DNA of 32,319 nucleotides from Amoebophrya sp. A120 (Eukaryota; Protista; Dinoflagellata), in contig CAJINV010000002.1 of NCBI GenBank assembly GCA_905178155.1, forward strand, positions 4,393,024-4,425,342, read 5' to 3'. How positions within the stretch are numbered: position 1 is the stretch's first letter; each line of letters opens with the position of its first letter. The notes beneath the pieces are model-generated. The model was not told the DNA's origin. It was given only the letters and a program-made list of their open reading frames with translations, and did not search any database. Positions 10,254 through 22,200 of the stretch are shown here, piece by piece. Position numbers and translations under genes: made by a program.

Positions 10254-13200
10254 ATGGGCGGCGACGACATCCAGCTCGACCAGGGTGCCAGTATCCTGAG
10301 TAAAAACGTACCCACACCATAGTTGTCATGCAACTCTGCATGCTTAAAATGTTTCTCATGCGGAGCCCCATGAGAAGCATTTTCTAGTGCGGTTTTGAAA
10401 TTTGTCATGCTCCAATCAGCACGAGATACTAGATCTGTAATGCTGCTGAACTAGCTCAAACAGCACTACACTACGCGGACAAACTTGTCATGCCAAACAA
10501 CCAAAGCTGGCTGATTTGTCTAGCAGATTCCCCATCCTGACTTTGGTGTGGGTACGTTTTTACTCAGGATAGCCAGCACGTTTAACTTAGAGCTCGCCGG
10601 TCGCTCGTACAGCACCACTCAGTCCTCCCAATCCCGACCGGTTTCCGCCTCCAGCTCCGCGAGGCCGTCCCGACCGCAATCGGCGAACCGGTCGAGACCG
10701 CAGAGTGCAACAGGCGGGGGTGCGGGTGGAAATATCAAACAAGGCGCCAACAGCACTATGCAAGAAAAAAACTGAGTAAAGTGGAAGTCTGCGATGCAGA
10801 AAATGCAAAACAGATACACTTGTCATGTGAGACAACCACGAAGTAGCCCTCTTTTGATGTGTGTCCTCACGTGCTTGCGCTAGCTATGCACCATTACAGG
10901 TTTTTATATTTCTCTGTCATGCAGAGCAAATTGAAATTTGTCATGCTATTACTCCAAGACACCTAAAGTAACACGACAGAAGTTTTTTTCTTGGATAAAC
11001 ACCGTTGTCTCAGCCAATGGAATCGTGCCACCGCCCTTGCCGGGTAAAAGCGTCGGCGCACGTGTCGGCGCTGCAACTTCTACTTCTGGAGCCGGTGCGA
11101 ATTATTCCGGAATGTTGCAGCAGACTGTTCCACCACCTGCCACTGCCCCAAACTACATCGGCACCGCCGGCGGTTCCGCGGCGTTCGCCCCGAAATACAG
11201 TTCGGGGTTGTCGAAGCAAGCGGAACTCCGGAAGCAGCGACACTTATCCTGTGCAAAAGTATCGTGCTCGCAGTAATTGCATTTATGCATTACAAATCTC
11301 TTTCTCAAGGTGAATCAGCATTACAAACGCAATTTGTAATGCTGGGCTAATTTGTAATGTAATTTATACTAGGACGATGCTTTATTTGCATTGCATAACA
11401 CTCGTCCATGCACGATCTCGAAGATCAGGAGGTCCAGGGCCTCACATTAGGCGGCTACAGCACCAACGCTATCCTGAGTAAAAACCTCCCCACCCCAGAG
11501 TTGTGCTAGATATGTGATGCTGTTGAACTAGTAGCTAAAGCTAAACAGGCCGCTGACTTTACGAGGACGAACTTGTCATGCGAAGCAACCAAAGCAGGTT
11601 GATTTGTCTAGCAGATCTCCCATCTTGACTCTGGTGTGGGGACGTTTTCGGTCAGGATAAACGCCCACGCGTCTTTGTCACTCGACCCGTGCGGAATCTC
11701 CACGCCCGGGCTTGTATCAAATGTAAAAGTGTCTGGGTCTGGAATGTTGCTGGGTTTGTCATGCATATTTTGCATGACCCAGGATGTCTGTAATGCACGA
11801 CCTAGCATCACATATTTTTGATTTTAGGGGGCTTTCTGATGCCTACTCCGCATGACAAATGCCCTCCCCGCGTAGCACAAGCTAGACTCCTCTTGCTGGT
11901 CATGCAATACAGATTTTCTTACAGTCCAAAGTTAGCATCACAAGTTCCAACCTTCCAGACCCAGACATTTTTGCACTTGATAGCCTGCCGCGGCGAATCA
12001 AACGACAGTCGTCAACCCGGTCGTAGGTGGGGATCAACAAAATGCAGAACATTTACCCTTATCAAATGCAAAAATGTCTGGGTCTGAAAGATTGCGAGAC
12101 TTGTCATGCTTGTCTGGCATGACAAAAAAGCTTGTGATGCATGTCCAAGAAGAGACCCTTTTGCCTGTCATGCAAAAACGCAGTTACAGTTTCTCATGCA
12201 AAAAAAGCAACACGAAGAAGCGCAGATATTTCTCATGCTTGGCTGTGCATTACATTTGAAGAGCACTCACTATTCGTATTCCTAACACAGCATTACAAGT
12301 TTCCAGACACAGACATTTTTGCAGTTGATAGCCCTCCAGTTTTGCGTCCTTCTACCTGCGGGGGGAGCTGCAGAGGAAGCGAAGGGTTGTTGTATCCCCG
12401 ACGAATATCAAGTGCAAAAATGTCTGGGTCTGGAAACTTGTAATGCTGCGTTTGGAATAATGAGTGCTCTGTAAAAATGCACAGGCAAGTATGAGAAATA
12501 GCTGCGCTTCTTTGTGTTGCGTTTTTCGCATGACAAACTGCGTTTTTGCATAACAAGCAAAAGGGTCTCTTCTTGGACACGCATCACAAACTTTTTGGCC
12601 ATGCCATACAAGCATGACAAACCCGGCAACCTTCCAGACCCAGACACTTTTGCATTGGATAACGCAAAATCGGTTTCGGTATACGAGAAGAATGGATTTG
12701 AACGCGCAGGACGCGTTGGCGGAGCAAAACGAGATCAACGCGAGACTGGAGGACCGGAAATCTCTGATGCTGGATGATGACGTCGACCCCGCTAGTTTGT
12801 CGCCAGACCAGGTCCGGAACTATGCAAGAAAAAATAAACAGAAACAGTGTAAGTGTAAATCAGTGATGCAGAAAATGCAAAACAGTTGCACTTGTCATGC
12901 TCGATGAAGTGCGTCATAGGCTACTATCATACGTGTTCCCACTTACTAGTTGCGCATGACAGGTTCTTTTCCCTGTAATGCAAAACGAATTTGCGATGCT
13001 GCTCTTCCTACAAAGTTACACTTACACGGTTTTTTTCCTGGATAGGCAACTGCATCTGTTCAATCATCAGAAGAAGGGCGGAGTTTTTGTCGGAGGTAAC
13101 AACATATCCTGTGCAAAAGTATCGTACTCGTACTGCAATCATGCATTACAAATCTTCTTTTTAAGGTAAATTCGCATTACAAATTTTATTTCTCATGCTG

Positions 13201-16200
13201 AGGAAATTTGTAATGCGATTATACGAGTGCGATACTTTTGCAGATCATACAACAGTCGGAGACGGGGCGGGAGTAATTCCAATTCTCCACAGAAGCCGCC
13301 GTCTTTTGTGGTACTCTCGTCTTCATCCACGGGCTCTTCTTCGCCGAGCAAACAAGGGGCCCCTACGTCGCAACAGCGTGGTCCTGCCAATCGCCATGAT
13401 GTAGCACCACAGCAGCTGCAGGCGCAGAACCTGAACCTCCCGCGAGAAGCAGGAGGTGGAGCAAGCGCTAGTGCAACGCCGATCACCACGAACCCCTTGT
13501 TTGAGGTGTACGAGAAGTTGGAATTGATGCAGCACCAAGCGGACTTGGACGAAACTAGTCATGCAGATCTGCAAGAAAATTATATCGGTTGTTCGGTTGA
13601 CGACGAAAACTACGCACTGAGCAATAACATCAACGCACAAGAACACCAATCCGCTTCCAAAACGGACGTGGAATCGGTTCCGTTGGAGTGCAGCCGACAC
13701 GGGCCGCCGCCAACGCGGGAAAGGTCAAGAGAGGAGCTATCGAAGGAAGGGGAACAAGATGAAGACAACTACAACTACAACTACTCCGGCGGTTCTGTGT
13801 CCAATTCAAACTATGAATTGCAAAGTATCGTACTCGTATAAACGCATAACAAATTTCCACCTCAGCATGAGAGATAAATGCTGATTTACGTTAAGAGTAA
13901 AGATTTGTAATGCATGACTGCAATACGAGCGCGACACTTTTGCACAGGATACAAACCACTTACCATCGAAACTCGACGCGAAAACTTCCACAACGGATTT
14001 GATCAACTTCCAAAATTCATCCAGGTCGAAATTAGTCGTTGATCAGGCGACAAGTGTGGACATTAATCAGATGAAAAGTTCTTGTCAGAGTGCGAGTTCG
14101 CGACCGGGCGTGCATTCAACAGCTTCGCGGGTTGTGCAGCAGATCGGAGGTGGACCATTTGATGAGCAGACACCGGGACGACAAGCAGGGAGCAAGACAC
14201 AGGGAAGTAGTTCTAGCTCCGAAAACAAGAGCAGCAGACGGTTAGAGCCGGCTGGTGCAGCAGAGGGTGTTGACCACGGTGCTGAAGTGACTGCTGAACA
14301 ACTACTTGAAAAGGAACTCCAAAGTGAAGAGCTCCGAGCCGTTTGTGGTCCTGGCGGGCACGACGATGATGACACAAATAAATCGAACAGGCATCTTCAA
14401 CTCGTCCAGGAGCTCACCCCAGACACCCTTCCGAACTTTCTTGAAAAAATCCAACTGCTGTACAGCTTCGAGCCACGGTACGAAATTTTCCAGACCGAAT
14501 TACTCTCCCATACGACACAACTTGCGGCGGATCCGGTGAAAAGGGTGGAAAAGCAGTTGGAATTAGTATCAAGAAGAAAAATCCCCCCTCCCCATATCAA
14601 AACGAAAATCTGTGATGCAGATTTGTGGCCACAAATCAGGCTTGTCATGCTAGAAGGGAAAAGATGCGGACACGGACTGTAGTGCTGGGCGGCGTGGGAA
14701 AGCCTTGCATCTTCAGCATGACAGGAGCCAGCTGGAAATGGGAAACAGCATGACAAATCGCCTGCGAGAAGTAAGCGTAAGCGAGAAGTAAGGTAAAGAT
14801 AACATAACTGCCCGGGGATGAAGAAATACTCGCGATGTTTTTCGCGGTTCTGACCCTAGATCTCCTGCGTCCGAAGCTGCTTGCGGCGACGGTGCAAAGG
14901 TTTTTGATGTGGTGCAGTCGGGTATGCATGACAAATCGCCTGCACACGAGGCCACGCCACGGCTCTTGGCCTTCTTGCAATACACGTCGGTTTGTGTACT
15001 CAAATACAGCATCACAAATTTCGTTTTCGATATGGGGAGGGGGGATTTTTCCCTCTGATAATTAGTCACAACTTACCTTGAGTATCTCGCGGTGAATCAC
15101 ATGCTATCCTCTTGCTTCTCCGTGGTGATTTCAAGAAAAACGGTTTCTGAGCAACTAGCCCGGCACAAAAATTGGCGGGAAGTCGTGGGGGACTTTGATG
15201 AGGATGGGCTCAGCAGTAACAACTGGCTGCACAACTGGAGTCAGTCCACCTCAACGATGTTTTCCATCTCCCGAAATAACAGCCGTCCCGGGTCGGCGCA
15301 TCGGGCAAAAAATACAAGACCGAGTTCTGCGACTACTAAACCGAAGCAGTTGCAAGAACTGCTGTTGCAAGAGCAGCAGGCACAAGAATTGGATGCAGCT
15401 CCTGTGCAGGAAATTACGTCTCCAACACTAGAACAAGAAGAGCTAGTCGTCCGATCTGGATCGAACAACTGGTTGGATTTGATGGCGATGTCGCAGTATC
15501 CTGTGCAAAAGTATCGTACTCGGAGTCATGCATTACAAATCTCCACTCCAAGGCAAAACAGCATGACAAACTCCCTTTGTCATGCTGAGCTAATTTGTGT
15601 TGCAATTGCTACTAGTACGATACTTTTGCATTGCATACGCAGCTAGCGTCCCGGGTCCAGCCAGACGCGATGCCGGTGACTACGGCGAAATTGGGTGTGA
15701 CGGATGACGAAAAAGAGTTGGCGTTCGCGCGCGAAGAAGCGGAGAGAGCGAGGAAGGAAGCAGAACTACAGGCACAGGAGGGCAGCGCTGTTGGCTCCGC
15801 AGATGTTGAAGCTGCGCGACAGCAAGAGAATGCTCCTGTAGCGGGAAATGAAATCAGTGCTGCCCCGGAGGCGGAACAACCGCAACAGCAACAGCAAGAC
15901 GCCCTAGAGCAGCACGAACAACGTCAAAAATCGCGGCTCCAGGAGGAAGATGTTGAACAGCAACGTCTCGAAAACAACAACCCCCACAACCAGCCAGACC
16001 TCCCGATTGTCGAAGTGAAAAGAGTCTTTTTCGACGAGAGAAAGTTCGCGGACCAACCTATGGCTTGCTCAGACGTTACAATCTCATCAAGCGTTACAAC
16101 AATAGAATCTGAAACTTGTTGTGCGTAAACAGCATGAGTACGATACAGATTTTTGGGCTTTTCGCAAGACAAATTTTGCCAGATTGTCGTGGGGTAGGTT

Positions 16201-19200
16201 GGAGCTCCGAAACTTGTCATGCGCGCTCCTGTGAGAGTAGACCAGATGCTACGCATTTTGCAACACAAATTCCAGAGGACTCTATTGTAACGCTTGTGAT
16301 CGTAACACCTGAGCGGGTTATACAAATCCCGCTAGTTCGGTTTATGAACTGCAAAAGTAATATCGTACTCGTATTAATGCATTACAAATTTCCTCAGCAT
16401 GAGAGAGAAAATTTGTAATGCGGATTTCCCTTAAGATCTAGATTTGTAATGCAAGACTTGCATTTATACGAATACGATACTTTTGCACATGATACGGTTT
16501 TTCACCGGGCAACTGAAGGCGCAGGAGGATTTATGAGAGTGCACAACTGTCCCTCCCCCTCATTTGAACTGCATGAACAGCAATAGAAGGGACTGCAACA
16601 CTGCAGCTTTTGCATGACAAATTTTCACAGGATTCTGTATGGTGTTTCTTGGGCTCCTGCCAGAATCTGTGATGGTAAGATGCCCAAGGGGCAAGGAGTG
16701 GATTTGGTATTTTGCATGACAAATGAGGGGGAGGGGGAGTTTTGCACTTTCATAGGATTTCGTCGTGCAAATGAAACTGCCGGAGGAGCTAGTTCAGGAG
16801 AACGAAAAATTGAAGGAAGAAAACCATTTTCTTCAGCAAAAAGCCGAAGAAACCGAAACCCAAATCAGGAACAAAATTGTGGAGGAAAACGTGGACCTCT
16901 ACATCAATATCCAGAAGGAGACGGATATGGGAGTGTCAGGTTTGAAATCGTCAATAAAGTTGAAATTATAGTTTGCCATGCATAAAACAGATACCAGCTG
17001 GTGCCTATTTTTCAATTGGCGCATCACAAATCTAGGTAGAACCGAAATCCAGTTTGTCATGCTGTTTGGGTAAGGAAGACGCCTTTTGTCGTGCTCCTTT
17101 TTTAGCTGCTCAGTTTCTACCCCTCAACAGGCTTACAATCTGCCTCACTTGCCTCCTCTGCAAGACAGGGCGGCTGCATTTTATGCATGGCAAACTATAT
17201 CAATTTCAACTTTGACGATTTCAATCCTGACACTCCCACAACGGAAGAAGTCGTCAAACAGTCGGAATTTGACTTGAAGATCGCGGAGGGGGATGCGGAG
17301 GCGTTTTTGAGGGAGAAGAATAAGATGAAAGAGAAGCCTATCAACTGCAAAAATGTCCTCTGGGTCTGGAAACTTGTGATGCAAGTCCGTGAACAATAAA
17401 GTGCTCTGTAATGCGCCGCCAAGCATGACAAGTTTTTTCGTGTTTCTGTGCTGCGTATTTCGCACGAGAAACTGCGCTTTTGCATGACAGGCAAGAGGAC
17501 CTCTTTGTGGCCGCGCAATACAAAGGGCAGAGTCATGCTAGACTACCATGACAAATCGCGCAATCTTCCAGAGGACCCAGACACTTTTGCATGTGATAAA
17601 GCTGAAGGAAGTTTTGGACGAGAAGCAAAAATTTGACAAAGTGTATGCATTTTGCAAAAGTATCGTACTTCGTATGAATTGCATTCACGCATGACAAATC
17701 TCTTTCACTTTCTAAAACTGAAACAGCATTACAAATTCCACTTTTATTGTTCTTCCAGGAATTTGTGATGCAAGTTACACCAGTACGATGTTTTTGCATT
17801 GCATAAAGTGAACGAGCGACTGATTTTGTCCGCGATGCGGCAATGCAACCAGTTGGATGGACAGTTGAGCTCGTTTGTGACTACAACCACTACTACACAG
17901 GCGTCTGCTCCTGCTGTTTCGGATGAAGACCACGGAGCAGAACAACCTGAAAAAAAGCCCGATTTCATGCAGTTTCTGGAACTGCAGAAACAAAACCGGG
18001 CGAATGGGCTGCTGCCGATCAGCGCTGCTTCGTCCTCTCTCCAGCCGTTGTTTCTGGCGACGTATGCACGGGGGTTGAAGGAGACCATTGGGGAATTGGC
18101 GAAGAATTACCAGGAGAGTAGGGTGTATCCTGTGCTGCAAAAGTATCGCACTCGTAGTAAAATATTGCAGCTACAACGCATTAGCATTACAAATCTCGTT
18201 CCCAAGGTAAATCAGCATGACAAATTCCATTTGTCATGCCGGGCGAATTTGTATTACAATTTTTGTTACTAGTACGATACTTTTGAGTTCATAGGGTGAA
18301 AGCGGCTAAGGAGCAAACAGCTGCAAAGAAGAAGCCACACAGTGCCGCTGGTGCGTCGCAGAAATCGTCTTCCTCCTCTTCCTCATCGACAAGTGTGAAG
18401 AATAGTTTGAGTGGGAGCTGCACAACGAGTGCGACTGCAATAAACAAGACGCCAGGTGGTCGTGCTCCTGCATCGACATCTTCTAGTTCCTCAGCGGCAA
18501 ATATGGGAGTGTCAGGTTTGAAATCGTCGGTCAGAGTTGAAATGATTTGTCATGCATAAAATGCGATACAAAAACTGACTCTATTGCAGAGGACGCACGG
18601 GAGGCAGATTATAGTCCTGGCAAGGGTCTTCAAAAGTTGGACTGCTGACTAGCATGACAGAAGGCAGCTCCTTTGCTCTAAACCGCATGACAGACTCGCT
18701 TCCAGGACCGGGAAAATTTGTCATGCGCCGACTACAAACTGTAGGTCTAACTGGTAGCCGTTTTATGCATCACAAATCATTTCAACTTTGACGATTTCAA
18801 TCCTGACAGTTCCATAGCAAATAAACCGAAAAGCAAGATCACCCCGGACGGTCCGCATGAGGCGATCAAGAAAATGAACACGATTGCGAGGCCCAAACTA
18901 AAACCGAAATGGAACAAGGAGGAAAACACGAGCGTGCAAAGGGAGGAAAGACTGTGGGACTGTTTGGCGCAGGTAGTTGTTAACATTCGTGGGTCGTCGT
19001 TTGGGATTTTTTCATTTAGATTTTCTTCAGAATTTGTCTTGCAAAAGCATAAGCATCAGTCCCTGTGGCCGTTCTTTCGATTTTCCATTTGCAATGCACA
19101 AAACGCAACGAAAATATATCAGGTCCAGAAAGTATCGGAAGAAGCCATGAAAGACTTCGATCGGGATGTGGTGGAGATGGACGCATTGGTATCCAGGTAA

Positions 19201-22200
19201 AAACATCCAAACCCCGATCCAATTTGTCATGCAAAACATGCAATAAAGTCCAGTGTTTGTCATGCAAAAATGGATGGGGATTGGTGCTGTTTTTTCCTGG
19301 ATAATTGCTCATGTCGAGTCCGCGACCTGCCTCGGTGTGGACCGGAGGTTGTAACAACAGCCGGGCATCTTCCGCTGGTGTCCCCAGTCGACCCATGTCC
19401 GCGCAGACGAATCTATCCTGTGCAAAAGTAGGATCGTAAACTGGTACTAATGGCAGTCATGCAAGACAAATTTCATTTTCTAGCTAAATCAGCATGACAA
19501 ATTCCATTAGTCATGCTGAGCTAATTTGTGTTGCAAAAATACCACGACCACGAGTAAGATACTTTTGCAGTAGTTCATAAAATCTGTACAACAACAATTC
19601 CTCGAGTAGTACTTGTTCCCGCCCTCTATCCGCACAAACCCACTTATCGAACTTCTACGCGGCGACCGGTGGTGGAAACAGTAACAGTCGGCCGCAATCC
19701 GCCCAAACACACCATAGTACAACTGCTGCTCCACTTTCAACAACGTCTCGCCCGGTGTCCGCAATGGACCACCCGGCGTCCAGGCCTCTGTCTGCCTCGA
19801 GACCAACGCACCAATTGCTGATGTCGGAGATTTATGAGTTGCAAAAGCATCGTACTACGTATGAATTGCATTACGATTAGAAATGAAATTTGTAATGGTG
19901 CTTGACGTTAGGAGACAGATTTGTAATGCATATTATACTGCAATTAGAATTACGATTACCACGAGTGCGATGCTTTTGCAGTGCATAAGATCAAGAAAAA
20001 TCCACAGTTTTTCCTGAACCAGTTTCAGGAAGATTTAGAAGCGGTATGAAAGTGCACACCCCCTCCTCTCCCTCATTTGTCATGCAAAATACCGAACCCA
20101 ACTGCTGTCCTGTGGTACTGTTTGCATGACAGATTCCGGAAAGAACCCGCCAAAAGGTACTACATTACGTGCATGAAGAAGAACTTGTCATGCACAGACT
20201 CCAGATGTGCGGGTGTTTGAGTTGCTGTTCATGCAATACAATTTAGGGCGAGGGGCAGTTGTGCACTGTCACAAGCGGTCGGATCGGATGAGGAGGTTGT
20301 CGCGGAAACGAATCAAGTCGAAACCGCCATAAACCAAAATTTGATGTCAAACCCGAACATTATCACCCGAGTCTCGGTTGCGGAAAGTAGGCACGTCGGA
20401 ACAACAAACCATCGTAGTTCATCTTTCACCCAGCAAGTAGAGAAGGCATCCTCGTCGTCCACGGTCGCCCATCACCTGCCGTTTGAAAACGTGGAAAGTG
20501 GCGGGTCGTCGATTGAGGTAAATGGAGATAGAGATGATCACGACGTGGACGTTGATGACCCAGCAGACAGCATGGTGAATAAGTTCGGATCTTCTTCTGT
20601 CTCGGCCGGCTCACAAATAAAACCCAACAGCCAAGTCCTAAACGCCATCCCGCACTTCATCCAGCGCCCAACGTCTGCGAAACTGCGGGCGGCTGCCTCC
20701 AGGCTGGAACGAGCAGCAGAACAGGCGGAAGACGAGAAGTTTGATTTCCCTCTGAACAGTACTACGCATTGCAAAAGTATCGTACGTAGTCGCAAAAATC
20801 GCATCACAAATTTCTGCAGCGTGAAAAATGGAATTTGTCATGCGGATCTCGCGATAAGAAAAAGAGTTGTGATGTATGACTGCAATTACCTCCACTACGA
20901 GCACGATAGTTTTGCAGTGCATAAGCGGCAAACCGGGTCAATTGAGTTTTACCCCGGACTACGTGAAAAAGAAGGAGAACCTATCCTGAGTAAAAACGTA
21001 CCCACGCCAGAGTTGTAATGCAGATTTGCAAAGACAGGAAGACTTGTAATGCGCATCCCCATGAGAGCCATTTCCAGTCGTGTTTTGGAATTTGTGATGC
21101 TGTGAACAGGATGAGCAGATGAATCTGTGACGCGGCTGCACTTGCTAACCTGCACTGCGCTGCATAGTGCAAGGACTTGTCATGCGTGACTCACAAAACT
21201 CCTAGGTTTGTGTTGCAAAATCCCCATCCTGACTCTGGTGTGGGTACGTTTTTACTCAGGATAGAACCACTGGACGAGACAGGGATGGAAAACGACTTTT
21301 GCGAGCAAAGTGAACATATACATTGCAAATACCTAGTCTGGGTCTGGAAGAATGCAACTTGTGATGCTGCTTCATTGGGATTCCGAAAAAAAACTGTATT
21401 GCATGAGCAGCAAAGGGAATGCAATTTTCGCTATGCGGTGGAAAGGGCATTTGTCATGCTCATGCGTACTTAATAGGCATCAAGAAGGAGCGCGCAAAAT
21501 AAAAATCTCTGATGCTAGGGCATGCATCACAGACATAATGGCTCATGGAAAACGTGCATGACTGACAAGTCTCAGAATCATCTTCCAGACCTAGATGACA
21601 TATTTGCCATGCATAGACCAAGGGAGTGACCTTTCCGTCAACCCCAGCGGTGCAAAAACTTACCTCGGAGGAACAGGAAAGAGCATTGCAAAACGGCCTT
21701 CAGAATTCTACAACGAGCAGTAAGAAAGCTGCAGTAAGCAGTAGCAAAAGCAGAAAAGTCCTCCTCTCCCTGAAAGCCGCCGAGGCACACAATTTGATTC
21801 TGGCAAGGATGCAGCAGAAGGACAAACTCGCCAGAGAATTTGAATCCAGTCCGCGACGGAAGTTTAACAGAGGGAGTCCGAGGAAATCTTCGCCCCTGTT
21901 TAAGAAGAAGACGGCTATTACGGAAGTTCCTGGTCAACGTGCGGCTTTGCAAGGGGAACAAGGGGAACAACAAGCTGCAGCAGATCATATTCCTCCTGAT
22001 GCAATGAACGTTGTTCCGCCAGCAAGCCACGTGGTGGTCGTGCCGAACGTGAACGCCTTCCTGGACACACTGAAGAGCGCGAAGACGGAACAAGAGCAGT
22101 TAAAACTAGCAACGGACGAGGATCATCATGTCTTACTGGTTGACACTGACGTCGGTTCGTGCACCACCGACGCAGAAGGCGGAACAGCTACAGGTGGGAT

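Noticed and set aside
10291-10576. Reading the elements as GT-AG introns (also 14566-15065 and 15496-15642)
   Set aside because: The GT...AG span is one base longer than element+5 and shifts the frame; most other elements lack GT/AG altogether
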